DNA of 64,000 nucleotides from Malacoraja senta (Eukaryota): positions 7,504,001-7,568,000 of the forward strand of contig CM075989.1 in assembly GCA_038087875.1 (NCBI GenBank). Direction: 5' to 3'. The first letter of the stretch is position 1. The number at the start of each line of letters is the position of its first letter. The position numbers and the translations under genes are program-made. This document shows positions 26,328 through 39,900 of the stretch, piece by piece. The notes below the pieces were generated by a model, which had not been told where the DNA came from, did not search any database, and worked only from the letters and a program-made list of their open reading frames with translations.

Positions 26328-26523
26328 GTAATAGACAAAGCAAAATAATGGATTTTAACATCCTGTTTTCACATATTTGGCTACAGCTCTGATGTTCAAA
26401 AATAATCCAAAACTCTCAAATAGAGTCTTCGAGTGTGGAAACAGGCCCTTCGGCCCAAAGTGCTTACATCGACCAACATGCCCTATCTACATGCCCTAGT
26501 CTCACCTGCCTGCGTTTGGCCTA

Positions 26524-28069
26524 CAGTGCCCTCCATAATGTTTGGGACAAAAAAACATCATTTATTTATTTGCCTCTGTACTCCACAATTTGAGATTTGT
26601 AATAGAAAAAATCACATGTGGTTAAAGTGCACATTGTCAGATTTTAATAAAGGCCATTTTTATACATTTTGGTTTCACCATGTAGAAATTACAGCAGTGT
26701 TTATACAAAGTCTCCCCATTTCAGGGCACCATAATGTTTGGGACAGAGCAATGTCATGTAAATGAAAGTAGTCATGTTTAGTATTTTGTTGCATATCCTT
26801 TGCATGCAATGACTGCTAGAAGTCTGCGATTCATGGACATCACCAGTTGCTGGGTGTCTTCTCTGGTGATGCTCTGCCAGGGCTGTATTGCAGCCATCTT
26901 TAGCTTATGCTTGTTTTGGGGGCTAGTCCCCTTCAGTTTTCTCTTCAGCATATAAAAGGCATGCTCAATTGGGTTCAGATCGGGTGATTGACTTGGCCAC
27001 TCAAGAATTGAAATTTTTTTAGCTTTGAAAAACTCCTTTGTTACTTTAGCAGTATGTTTGGGATCATTGTCTTGCTGTAGAAAGAATCGCCGGCCAATGA
27101 GTTTTGAGGCACTTGGATAGGATAGCAGATAGGATGTGTCTATACACATCAGAATTCATTATGCTGCTACCATCAGCAGTTGTATCATCAATGAAGATAA
27201 GTGAACCATTACGTTCAGCAGCCATACATGCCCAGGCCATAACACCCCCATCACTGTGTTTCACAGATGAGGTGGTATGCTTTGGATCTTGGGCAGTTCC
27301 TTCTCGCCTCCATACTTTACTCTTGCCATCACTCTGATATAAGTTAATCTTCGTCTCATCTGTCCACAAGACCTTTTTCCAGAACTGTGGTTGCTCTTTT
27401 AAGTACTTCTTGGCAAACTGTAACCTGGCCATCCTATTTTTTGCGGCTAACCAGTGGTTTGCATCTTGCAGTGTAGCCTCTGTATTTCTGTTCATGAAGT
27501 CTTCTGCGGACAGTGGTCATTGACAAATCCACACCTGACTCCTGAAGAGTGTTTCTGATCTGTCGGACAGGTGTTTGGGGATTTTTCTTTATTATAGAGC
27601 AAATTCTTCTGTCATCAGCAGTGGAGGTCTTCCTTGGCCTGCCAGTCCCTTTGCGATTCTCAGTCTCATAATGGCTTATTTGACTGCCATTGGCACAACT
27701 TTGATCCTCATGTTGATAAACAACGTAAAAGTTTCCAAAGGTGTTGGAAAGACTGGAGGAAAGACGACGTGCTGAGAGCTCTCTTATACCTGCATTAAGG
27801 AGGAAATTAAACACACCTGAGCAATTACAGACGCCTGTGAAGCCATTAGTCCCAAACATTATGGTGCCCTAACATGGGGGGACTATGTATAAACACAACT
27901 GTAATTTCTACATGGTGAAACCATAATGTATAAAAATGGCCTTTAATAAAATCTGACAGTGTGCACTTCAACCACATGTGATTATTTCGATTACAAATCT
28001 CAAATTGTGGAGTACAGAGGCAAATCAAAAAACGATGGGTCTTTGTCCCAAACATTATGGAGGGCACTG
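26524..28069 (-). mobile_element. Second copy of the same Tc1 family (DD34E), inserted in a CR1 tail
   Basis: TA-flanked CAGTGCCC termini. WTDETKIN / QQDNDPKH / WPSQSPDLNPIE with 34 residues between the second D and E. Frameshifts and an internal deletion near 27660. Confidence 0.95.
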
Positions 28070-29913
28070 TATATCCTTCTAAACCTGTCCTGTCCGTGTA
28101 CCTGTCTATATGCTTCTTAACGTTGCAATAATACCTGCCTCAACTATCTCCTCCGGCAGCTCATTCCATAAACCCACCACCCTTGGTGTAAAAAAAGTTA
28201 CCCCTCAGGTTCCTTTTATCATTTAACAATTATTTAGCATTTCTGCAAAATGTTCTTTCACTGAACCTTGGTCTCTGGTATGACAATTGGAACTGATCAA
28301 ATATCAATTTCTTAAGTAGACATATTTCTCACCCTAAACCTTGCAGCTATGAGATTGATAAATCATGCTGCCACAGACCAATGACTTTCAGTTGTCCCTG
28401 TATGTAACACATGGCTGACTCATGTAAATATTTGTCTTTGTTTCACTTCTTGCTTCATTTCTGCAATGGCTTTTGCAAAAATTCAACACATTTCCTGGGC
28501 GTCAAACCAGCGACTTCCCCAGGAAGGTTGAAGGTCTTGGTGGACATTGGTGGGCATTCATTGTCTAGACTCGAGATGCTCCCTTTGGTAAGACAATCAG
28601 GGAGAGCTAGCAACTAGACACCAAATGAACTGCAGGTTTACAAAAAGAAAGATAAAATGCTGGAGTAACTCAGCAGGTCACGCAGCATCCTTGGAGAACA
28701 TGGATGGGCGACATTTCCGATCGAGACCTTTCTTCAGACTGAAAAAGGATCCTTCACTTCATTCGAAACTTCACTTATCCATGTTTGCTGGGGATGCTGC
28801 CTGAGACTGAGTTACTCCAGCACGTTGTGTCGGATCGAACTACCACCGTTTGGGTGTTGTTCCTTGTCCTGCCAGTCCTCCATCATTCATCTCCTCCATA
28901 CTCCAGAGGAGTGGTGATGCAGAAGTCTGTGAGGTCTCTAACTGTAAAATTACACCCACCTAGTTTATTAATCAAGAGCAGGGTTTTGTTTTTGCAAGTA
29001 TTTTAAATATAAGCTTAATTGGCAAAGTTTCATAACAACCTCAATTGGCACAGTTTTATTTCTAAACTAATTACTGCCACGTTTTAACATTTTCTGGTAA
29101 CTGAATTGTTTAACAAATGAGATAGGAGCACATAACATGTATTTAGTCTCATTTGGGATAATACAAGACATTATCTGATCTGAATAGCATGCAAAACTGT
29201 ACCTCGGTACATGAGACAATAACAAATCGAAACCTATTTTGTAATTTTAGTCATTTGATGCATTATCATTAAGGTACAAAATGCACCTAAATTGACAACA
29301 GCAGTAATAATTCTTGACACTAAGTTGTCTTTTGCTGCCCATTTTTCCATCCCAGCACTCTGTGCAGGTCATTGAACAGCATATTTTTCACATATCTCCG
29401 GGCATTTTGATTGATCAACAGTGTTATACAAGTCTACATTGTGACATTGACAAAGCAAAGTGCATGGTTGATATTACAATGACAACACATCACTTTTGTT
29501 GGCCGTAAAATTAAAGCAAATTTTCCAAATAGGCTCTTGAGCATGTTCTAAAACCAAATGTTTAAAAATGTTTTAAAAAGATAATTTAAAAAAAAGATAA
29601 AAACAAATGTTAAACTGTTAAAAAATAATATCTTTCAGACTTCTGTCAGTGGTGGCAATGTCTGAACTATCTGGCAGAAATTGTTAAGGTATCAACAATA
29701 CTGACAGCACATTGGATTGTGCAATTTAAGAAGATAATTTGGCCAAGCATTTTAACCAACTTGAAAAACTTCAAGTCAACAAACATTTATGAACCTCCTA
29801 TCTTGAATGTGGTTGCTGTCATTGCATTAACCTCAGCTGAAATTTCCTGTATATGAGCTTCTTTCCTCTTGCTATTTCCTTCCTTGTTCTGATCTTTCTC
29901 CGCTTATTTGTAG

Positions 29914-29976
29914 TGTGAGCTGGTGTCCTTCTGACAAGCTACCCTTTGTCACGGGGTGTGACTTTAGTTGCAGCAG
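29914..29976 (+). CDS. AKAP13: AKAP13 alternative exon B, 63 nt, phase 2 to 2: (S)VSWCPSDKLPFVTGCDFSCS(S)
   Basis: Long pyrimidine tract plus tag acceptor, and CAG|gtatgg donor. Resembles the recalled human variant segment MSWCPSGVQYSAGLSADFNYR. Confidence 0.82.
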
Positions 29977-32570
29977 GTATGGACCGTACCATGTGCTGTC
30001 TGAGAGTGTAACTATCATTTACTTATTTGAAGTTTGAAATGGAAAGCTGGGGAAATTTAGTAAATACATTTTGGGTGCAACTTAAGATGACAAATTCTGT
30101 AAATAAAGGAATTAACACCAAAATAACACTTGAGTCCACAGCAAATGTGTTGGTTCTTGAACAGAACAAAGAAAAGTATTTCTGCATTAGGGTATTTTTG
30201 TGCACAATGACATCTAGAAGAGAGAACTATCTTCAGTTCGTATTTTTTTTGGGGGGGGTGGGGGGCTAGAACTTGTGAATAGGGTGGGGGAGGGGAAATG
30301 TACTTGAAACTTTTCCCAGGTAATATTTTGAGGAGCAACACGGGTGACTTTGTATTCCCATGGGGAAAGCAGTATTTGGGAGCTAGGTCTTTTCCTTATT
30401 TTGGGGTGGAGGCAGGGGCATGTGACCTGTTACAGTTGCTGATCAACCCCCCCCCCCCCCCCCTCCTCCTTTGTGGTCCCACCAATGTTTTTATAAGCAG
30501 TGTTGTCTGCCCCTTACCTCACATGGGGCCGGCAGCCGGGAGATGATGCTGCTCGTGGCCTGTCCCAGCAGCCCGCTGGAACGCGTGCCATCACTCGGAC
30601 TAACCCACCCTTATGTACAGTTTGGCCCATTCAGAAGATGTGTGAAGAAGGCAGAACATGCATCTCCACACTTTCAGTGATATGACAAGCATTTCCACTG
30701 GCCCCAATTAAAGAAAATCACATTGTACAGGACTATGTAAAGAAAAAATGTGGAAAGGTAGTGGAATGAATTCCTAGAGTTTTGGCACTGAAACCTGAAC
30801 ATTCACTACATTTGTTTCTGTTTGTCTCTGTCACTTATCCCTTTTCTCCCCATATCTCCCTTCCCTGAGTCCTGAAGGATCGTTTCAATGACATTTACAC
30901 AGGCATGGGAAGTGTGCACCAGATCTTTAAGTAATTGGTTTGTACTGAGGACTTCTTCTCAGCATCCTTGCTCTTCTATTTCAGGAATGCATGCAAGTCC
31001 ATAGACAGACTGATGGTCTGAATATGGACCAGCAGGCAGGCTCAATGGAAATCATCAGTGGCACTTTCACATTCACGTCAAAATGTTGTTTTGTTTAGAT
31101 ATACAACATGGAAATGGGCTTTTCAGCCAACCTAGTCCACACCAATCATGGATCACCCATGCGCACTAGTTCCATGTTAATTCCACTGTCTCATCCACAC
31201 CCCACATACTAGGGGCAATTTACTGAGGCCAATTAACCGACCAACCCCCACATCTTTGTGATGTGGGAGGAAACCTGGAGCACCCGGAGAAACCCCGCCA
31301 GCACAGGGAGAACGTGTAAATTCCACACTGAGAGCACCCAAGGTCAGGATCGAACCCGAGTCTCTGGCGCTATGAGGCAACCGCTGTAGCAGCTGCACCA
31401 CTGGGTTGCACTTTTGTTTTCCTGTCTAGTACTGTGAGCAGTGGTGCACATATCATCACTGTTGAATGCACTTCTCCAAGTTTCTCCGCATCCTCAGTTG
31501 CGTTGAGAGCTTCAGTGTTAAATATGCTTTTGTTATTGAATTTGAATTCCTTCGTGGCTCAGGGTATTGACACTAATCTTGGTTCTGATCACCATTCTGT
31601 AGTTTTCCCACGCACAAATATAGTAAAATGCTTTTTTTCTAAATCATTTTTCCTCTCCCACCTGCTTTGCCAAAAGCAACACAGCTTTCCTCAGTAAAAT
31701 CAGGATTCTAAATATACAGCAGATCAGTTGGCATCTAGAAAAGAACAGAATAGGTCTGTATCCAATTGTGGGTCCCAGTGCAATGTATCAATGTTATCTT
31801 CAGATATTATGGGTGATATCAACGCTGTTCCACCATCAAGGGGCAACGTTGAATATTTTATTGGTCATAGATCATAGGGTCTTAGTGCCATACAGTACAG
31901 AAAGAAGCACTCCAGATCACCATGTCCATGCCAACCATTGAACCTATCTACACTAGTCCCATCTACCTGCATTTGGTCCATAGCTTTCTAGGCTTTGGTG
32001 ATTTGGAGGCCCATCTAGATGCATCTTAAACGGTTGTGAAGGAGAGTACCTGCCTCACTTACCACCTCAGGAGGCGTGAAAACTGCCAACCTTACCGGTC
32101 TGGCCAAATGTGACTTCACATCCATCAATGTGGTAGATTCCTAACTACTGTCGGAAATGGTAAGTTTGGCAAGGCCAGGGAAAGGAAAAGCCAGAGTGAA
32201 ATGAAGTGTCTGCCCATGATGTCCACATCTCATCAATGATACTTTCAAACTATGAAAGCTTTCATTACTTTTTTTGTCCATTCCCTTGCATTAAATGCCA
32301 GCCTATCCACCATCATCTCTATCCTTATCTATCGCACAAGCCAATTCATTCCCCTAATTCTTCCCACCCACTCTCTCTCGTATCCATTATTATTTCCTCC
32401 CCTGACCAAAACCATGTCTGTTTAATGCAAGTTGTTGAAAATTGATTATTTGAAGACAAATATTTTTCGCTAGCCTTTGAAAAGTTTGCCAAGGGGGTAG
32501 TTGGTGGGGGTTATCTCTGTTGTTTTCCAAACATGCAAAGGTTACTTGAACCTGTCCTCTGTGTGTTCAG

Positions 32571-32769
32571 TTATAGCCTGGAAGGACTGACGGGCAGCAG
32601 CAGCGGTGTGACCAAGGAGCCACCGCACACCATGGAGTCGGTTCTGCAGAGTACGCGGGACCCACGGCGTACTCCAGTGGTCGGCACCGATGAGCGCGGC
32701 TCACTCGTCTCGCTGACCGAGGAAGAGATGGAGTCGGACCACAGTGAGGGCAGCGTGTTTGATAACTCG
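32571..32769 (+). CDS. AKAP13: AKAP13 coding exon, 199 nt, phase 2 to 0: (S)YSLEGLTGSSSG...ERGSLVSLTEEEMESDHSEGSVFDNS
   Basis: ttcag acceptor and TCG|gtaaat donor. Carries the SLEGLTG and SLVSL.EE..ESD motifs. Confidence 0.93.
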
Positions 32770-34518
32770 GTAAATCGGATTGGAATGCAAACGGATGGTT
32801 CTCACGACCAAAGCTCGGGGAATTGAGCTCTTATTCATGTTAGCTGGACGGCAACGTGGTTTACTGCAATCGGGATGTGCTGCTTAAAACCTGGGCTATG
32901 TGTGCTCAAGCTAAAGGAAGACATTTTGCCCTGAATGCATCATTGTCTGAAGATGCCCAAAGGGAACTCAAATTCCACAAAGAACTTTTGACTGTGGTGT
33001 TAGTGCAGGAACAGGAGGAGACCACCCCACCTCTGATCCCTTCCCGATCTTCAATGAGACTTTGTTAATCCAATATCTATCTCTCTACACCTGTCTTTTC
33101 CCCAAAACACTCAACGCATTTGGTTAACAAAGAAATCAGCAGACTCAGATTTAAATCTAACTCTTGGCTTTGTCACCAATGGTTGTTTGTGGAAGAGTTC
33201 CTACAAAATAATTCATAACCTCACATTTGAAAGGCACCCTTTAAATGTTTTAGATTACACCCTCTCCAACAGGTTATCTCTATTTTCATTAATACTTGAA
33301 TCAAATTATTATTTAACCTTTATAGGCTTCAGGTCAATAGAACTTTAGTTTGGTTGCAAATGCTCATGTCCAGGGTGTGGGCTTGCAAGCAAATGAAGTA
33401 TTATTGTCTGTCCCTCATTGCCCTGGAGAAGACGTTGAGCCTCTGACACAGTCTCCCATCATTGTCCATTGACACTGACCCTTGGATTCCTGCTATCCTT
33501 CTGAGAAACACTGGGAGCTTAACCATCCAAGGTTGGCATAAGCTTCCCAAGATGTGTTGTCTGAAACTCTTCTCAGTGCACTGAATGTAGTCTAACCCAG
33601 ACTTTGTACAACTGAAAGATGATTTCCTGCGCCCAATGTTGCTCGTCAGGTCAGGTCTGGGGGGAGTTCCCCCCGCCACGGGTACCATGTAATCCCGTGC
33701 TACCTGCTCCATGGTCAGATAGTCGGCGACTAAACCGTCTCCCCCACCTGATTTGCCAGGCTGTGGACCCCCAGCAGGACCAAAAACAAGACCTGTCAAA
33801 GAACGGATGAGCTACCAGCGAGCCAACGGCCATTCACACTTGAGTAGAAGTTGCGATCACTGTCGTACATAGCATAGTAAGGAAGGATGATAAAGCACAC
33901 ACACCAAAATCCTATACTTCCAGCGGCGGAAGTCCGCAGAAACGGGAGGACGGAGATGTGTGGTGCGTCCGTCACCGTTCCCTTCGGAAACCAGCACCAC
34001 TGCGTCGGTAATGTTTTCAACGATGATGATGAATGTTGCTCGTCCCCATGTGCAGACATCAGTCATTAGATCTTTGATAATTTTCCCTTCCTGTCCATAT
34101 TGTAATGTTCTTTGAACAGGAACCCTTTGGATCTCTACTTTCACCATCGTCCAAAATCTCCATTCCATCCCCCTTTGGTTCAAGCTGATGGCCTCACTTT
34201 TATAATCAATTTATCACAGTTCCACTTATTTATATGCATAAACTATTAATACCTTTTTCTTCAGTGTTGGAGCTGAGGAAATGCTCAGCACATTTTTACC
34301 ACATTGTAGTTACTTCATCTGCTATTTTAACAGAGGCTGTGTTTTAAATAGCTGCTGTGGTTGACTCACAGTCAAGTCTATTGTTTAGGTGACCATCTGG
34401 GCTTCAGCTCCGGTGCACTTAATATTAACCATTTGGGAGATGCAGGATTTGCCTACGACTTTACACACAATGCCATTGGGATAAGAATTACAATTAAACA
34501 CACGTTGTTTCCCTACAG

Positions 34519-34603
34519 AATTTGCCCAGGACTCAGCTGCATTCTGCTCCTCCATTAACAAAATCCCTCTCGCTCCAAGCCATCAGTGCTCCAAGCACAG
34601 ACA
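34519..34603 (+). CDS. AKAP13: AKAP13 coding exon, 85 nt, phase 0 to 1: NLPRTQLHSAPPLTKSLSLQAISAPSTD
   Basis: ccctacag acceptor and A|gtgagt donor. PLTKS.SL..IS.P..D matches recalled human PLTKSISLMTISHPGLD. Confidence 0.88.
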
Positions 34604-36230
34604 GTGAGTACTCTGTGACTTTCTTAGATGGCTTACAAAATAATCATTAATTAATGTGTTGCATGTGTGGGAATAAACAAGAGTGGAAATGTTGACTGTC
34701 TTGCACTTCTTAAAACTGCATGCCCTCCCGGTGGCCATTTGCTTTTCCACATGTTCTCATCCTCCTGAAGATGTTTATGTTTGTTGCATGGATCATAAAG
34801 AATTGGTGATGGCAGAGCAGTAGGCATCGTCTGCGTGGACCTTAGTAAGGGCTTTGACAAGGTACAGCATGGGAGGCTGGTCTGGCAAATTAGATCACAT
34901 GAGATCCATACAAAGTTGCCTTGAAGCTGGGAAACAATCGATGATGGTAAAATACTGTTCGATGGTCTGTTTTCCAGACTGGAGGGCTGTAACAAGTGGT
35001 GTGCTACAGGGATCAGTGCTGACTCCACTATTATTCATTATTTTTATTCATGATTTGGATGTGAGTGTAAGTGCTGTGGTTAATAGGTTTATGGATGACG
35101 CTAACATTGGTGGTATTGTGGACAGTGAGGAAGTCTATCTATAGTTACAGCAGGATTTTGATTAAATGGGCCAAGGAAAGGCAAGGAAATCTTCCATCAA
35201 CTGGACCAAATGGGCTAAGGAAAGGCAGATGAAGGTTCATTCAGGTAAATATATGGTGTGGTGTTTTGGTAAGACTTACCACAGCAGGGCTTGCACAGTA
35301 AATGGTAAGACCATGGGAGTATTGTAGAACAGAGAGGCCTAAGGGTAAAGGTACATAGTACTATAAATGTGGTGACACAGGTGGACATGGTGGTTAAGAA
35401 GGATTTTGGCATGCTTGCCGGCATCTGTCAAAGTGCTCAGTACATGAAGTGGGCAACATGTTGCAGCTGGACAAGAAGAAGGGTCTCGACCCGAAACGTT
35501 ACCCGTTCCTTCTATCCAGAGATGCTGCCTGCCCTGCTGAGTTACTCCAGCATTTTGTGTCTATCTTTGGTAAGGCCACATTTGGAGTACTGTGTACAAT
35601 TCTGCTCGCCCTGCTAGATATCAGTCATTAAACTGGAAAGGGTGCAAAAGTAATTTGCAAGGCTGCTGCGGGTCTGGGGTGTTTTGAGTAGTAGAGGCTG
35701 GATAGAGTGGCTCTTTTTTTCCCTGGAACATAAGATGCTGAGAAATACAGATACATATAAATCTTATAAATATAAATGTACCTTATAGTTACATATACCT
35801 CATATATATGTACCTTATACATACATATAAAATCACGAGGGTGCAGATAAGTTGAATAGCCATAGTCTTTTCCACAGGACAGGGAGTCTAAATCTAGAAG
35901 GCAATGCTTATGATGAGAGAGAAAAGATGTAAAACGGACATGAGGTGCAATATTTTCCACATAGCGAGTGGTGCATGTGTACCTGCAAACATTCCCCAGG
36001 GACTAAATCCTGCCCTGGTTTGTCCTTCCAAAATACAACACCTCACATTTCTCTGAATTAAATCGAGTCTGCCACTCCTCAGCCTATTGGCCTGGTTGAT
36101 CAAGATCTAATTGTAATTATAGATAACCACCTTCACCATCCACTATATCATCAATTTTTGTGTGGTCCATGAAATTGCCAAAAGAAGTGGTCGAGGCAGG
36201 TACAATTATAACATTAAAAATGAGGAGTAA

Positions 36231-36938
36231 TGTACCTGCATGCTTACTATGAAAGTAAGCATGCAGGTACAGCAGGCAGTGAAGAAAGCGAACGGCATGT
36301 TGGCCTTTATAACAAGAGGAATTGAATATAGGAGCAAAGAGGTCCTTCTGCAGTTGTACAGAGCCCTAGTCAGACCACGCCTGGAGTATTGTGTGCAGTT
36401 TTGGTCCCTTAATTTGAGGAAGGACATTCTTGCTATTGAGAGAGTGCAGCGTAGGTTTACAAGGTTAATTCCCAGGATGGCGGGACTGTCATATGCTGAG
36501 AGAATGGAGCAGCTGGGCTTGTACACTCTGGAGTTTAGAAGGATGAGAGGGGATCTCATTGAAACATATAAGATTGTTAAGGGCTTGGACACGCTAGAGG
36601 CAGGAAAGATGTTCCCGATGTTGGGGGAGTCCAGAACCAGGGGCCACAGTTTAAGAATAAGGAGTAAGCCATTTAGAACGGAGACGAGGAAACACTTTTT
36701 CTCACAGAGAGTGGTGAGTCTGTGGAATTCTCTGCCTCAGAGTACGGTGGAGGCAGGTTCTCTGGATGCTTGCAAGAGAGAGCTAGATAGGGCTCTTAAA
36801 AATAGCGGAGTCAGGGGATATGGGGAGAAGGCAGGAACGGGGTACTGATTGGGGATGATCAGCCATGATCACATTGAATGGCGGTGCTGGCTCGAAGGGC
36901 CAAATGGCCTACTCCTGCACCTATTGTCTATTGTCTAT
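36231..36938 (+). mobile_element. Young CR1-clade LINE 3' fragment (open 202-aa ORF2 C-terminus) nested in an older CR1 (about 34790-37090)
   Basis: KKANGMLAFI...LYRALVRPRLEYCVQFWS...FFSQRVVSLWNSLP, followed by the GGGCCAAATGGCCT hairpin and (CTATTGT)n tail. Confidence 0.92.
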
Positions 36939-39900
36939 AAAATACACTTAGGTGTGTTGATAGGAAAGATTTGAAGGGATACGGGCACGGTGGAGGCAAG
37001 TGGGACTAGCTCAGTTAGCAACTTGGTTGACATGGACCAGTAGGGCCAAAAAGCGTGTTTCACTGGTATATAGCCTTATGACTATAATTCTATGTTGACT
37101 TTTCATTGAGGTACATCTATAGATGTTTGTCACCTTTGCCAGATCTGTGGACACCTTGGTAGAAACTAGGGTCTAATGGCTTCACTTGTAAAGGATCTAA
37201 TTTGGTCATCCCCAGATAGATACACAATGAAAAGGTTCCCTCAGAAAACTTATCTTGGGGCAATTAAGTCCACCAGTGTCCTAGCTAAGCATGTCTAACT
37301 TACTGGCAGTCAAACCTGACCAGAAGGTAGCACCATTCATTCCCATAAAGAAAAGGGAGTTTAAATTTAAGTGGCATCTCTTTTTCCCCTCAGTAATTCC
37401 CAGCATAAATCCCAGAATAGAACGTCATGCACTGCTTGCTGGTGAATGGGAATAGTGTGGATCGGTACCCAATGGTCAACATGGATGTGATGATACTATG
37501 CTGTACGATTCCAGAACAGATTTATGGAGAAGAACGCCTGTGCAGGGTTCACGAATGACTCATTCACTCCACCTTCACTTCAAATATCTCATTAATACTG
37601 TGGGTCAGCCACATAAACTCAATCTGATTTACTCATATTCTTATGTGAAGTTTGCCACCAACATGCGAGAGAGTCACGTCAGACTCTGAAATTGCTGTCA
37701 GGGTTGGGCAACAAATGTTTACCTTGCCAGGGACTTCCACAGTCTTCACATTTTGGACGATTGAAATCCAAGTCGGTGCTTACTGTTGTGTGCTTGCTTT
37801 CCTGCTGGCTGAGTTGGCATTAATCTTCTCTGGTTAAGATTAGCAAAGGCTTATCTATCCTTCTGCAGTTTAAAGGTGCTACCGTTTCAATGCAATGCAA
37901 TCCTCCTCAGTCAACAATGGACCATTGTGGAGTCTCTGGCCATCGGAGCCGTCTCTGCTTTGTTCTGAACCTTTTTATACCCCTAATATAAACACAAAAT
38001 GCTGGAGTAACTCAGCAGGATAGGCAGCATCTCTGGATAGAAGGAATCGGTGACATTTTGGGTCGTGACCCTTCTTCAGACCTCTAGTTTCCCTCTCCCC
38101 TGACTCTCAGTCTGAAGGATCCCGACCTGAAACATGACATATTCCTGTTCTCCAGGGATCTGCCTGACCCACTGAGTTACTTCAGCGTTTTGTGTCTTAC
38201 CTTTGGTCCTATTAGCTCTGGGGTTGACAGCTCCTGCTGACCTTGTTACCTAATGGATGTCGCAAAAGAGCTTTTGATCGAGTCATTTCTCCCGAGATGA
38301 TAAGAATAAGGCTGCATCAATAGTTTTAGATTTAAAGATACAGTGTGGAAACAGCCCCTTCGGCCCATTGAGTCTGTGCCTGCCAAAGATCACCCGTACA
38401 CTAGTTCTATGTTAGCCAAGTTTCACATCCTACACACATGGGGCAATGTACAGAAGCCAACTAACCTACAAACCTTTGGAATGTGGGAGGAAGCCGGAGC
38501 ACCGGAGAAAACCCACGCAATCATAGGGAGCTCCATACAGACAGCATCTATAGTCAGGATTGAACCCTGGGCTCTGGCGCTGTAAGGCAGCAACTCTACC
38601 ATTGTGCCACTGGAGTGCCCAGACTAACTTGATGCTAGGGCAATGCAATAGCACCATTAAACTCTCACTTTCCAAGTGTTAATGACCCAGTCAACACTCT
38701 AGTCTCAGCCATCACTACTCTCTACATATGTTGCAGGATCTTGAAACTATTGAATGGCAGAAACATAGCCTTTCAAAGGTGCCTGTCCAAATCTCACTGT
38801 GTCAAATATCTGACACAGGGAGCCATGAGCTAAAAAGAGTTCAAGAAAATTATACCGGAAGATTGAAAGAATCTATGTTTCTATAAGCCTTTGGTTGTTG
38901 AATGACTTTCTCGTGGTGATTGGACAATGGGAGGCAGTATGAGTGCAAAGCTGTCTGTTTCAAGGATGGAGTTGGGGCTTAACCACTTTCTCGGGAAAAA
39001 CGATGAGCTAGTTTGTTTTTCCTGAACAGATTCATCCAGACTTTGAGCTACACCAGTCTGAATAATGAGAGTCAGAGACTTTGAGTTCAGTTTGATTAAT
39101 TTGTAAAGATGTCAGCACTAGAAGAGATGAGTCAGTCCTTGGCTGAGGGTGAAACTCACGCAATCATCCTTCCCACCCTTCAGTAATAAAGGATTGGAAA
39201 ACAGCAGAGAACATAAAACGTCCAACAGAGTGGCATGGGAATGGGCCCTCTGGCCCACAATGTCCATGTTAAACATGATGCCAACTAATGCTTTAGCTTA
39301 CATGATCCATATCCATCCATTCCCTGCCCATCCATGTGTCCATCTAAAGGCCTCTTGAATGTCCCTCTTGTATCTATCTCCACCATCAACCCTGGCAGCA
39401 TGTTGCAGGCACTCACCACCCTCTGTGTAAAACAAAAAAAATCTCATTTTAAACGTCGTGCCTCTCACCTTAAAACTGAGTCCATTAGTCTTTCACCTTT
39501 CCACCCTGGGGAAAAAGGTTCTGACTGTCTCCCCTAGCTATGCCCCTCATAATTGTATATACCTTGTGGTTTTATATATAATTTTGGTGGCACGCTTGTG
39601 TTTAAATCTCGTAAAACAGTTCAAATGCACAAAATGTACATTCTAATGTGGTGGCAACCATTTCCAGTGGAGGCCCTTTCTGTAAGTAAACTGGACATGG
39701 TAATTCTAGGTGCGATTCATCGCCATGCAGCTGATGTGTGTGTGTGTGGACAATAACGTTGTCAATATGCACGGCACTCAGACCCGCCTTCCAACATAAC
39801 GTGCTAACTACAGCCTTTGTTTTTAATTGCTGATAAAACAAGGACAATGTCAACTCGGAGTCTGGGATGTCAATGTGTTGTTGTCTGCATCAGACTGCCT

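Noticed and set aside
36240..36848. 202-aa ORF (and the 228-aa ORF at 55857-56543) as host genes
   Set aside because: Both are CR1 ORF2 C-termini followed by CR1 tails.
39624..39687. Possible first exon MHKMYILMWWQPFPVEALS|gtaagt
   Set aside because: The phase 0 donor does not fit the next two phase 1 exons, and there is no other support.
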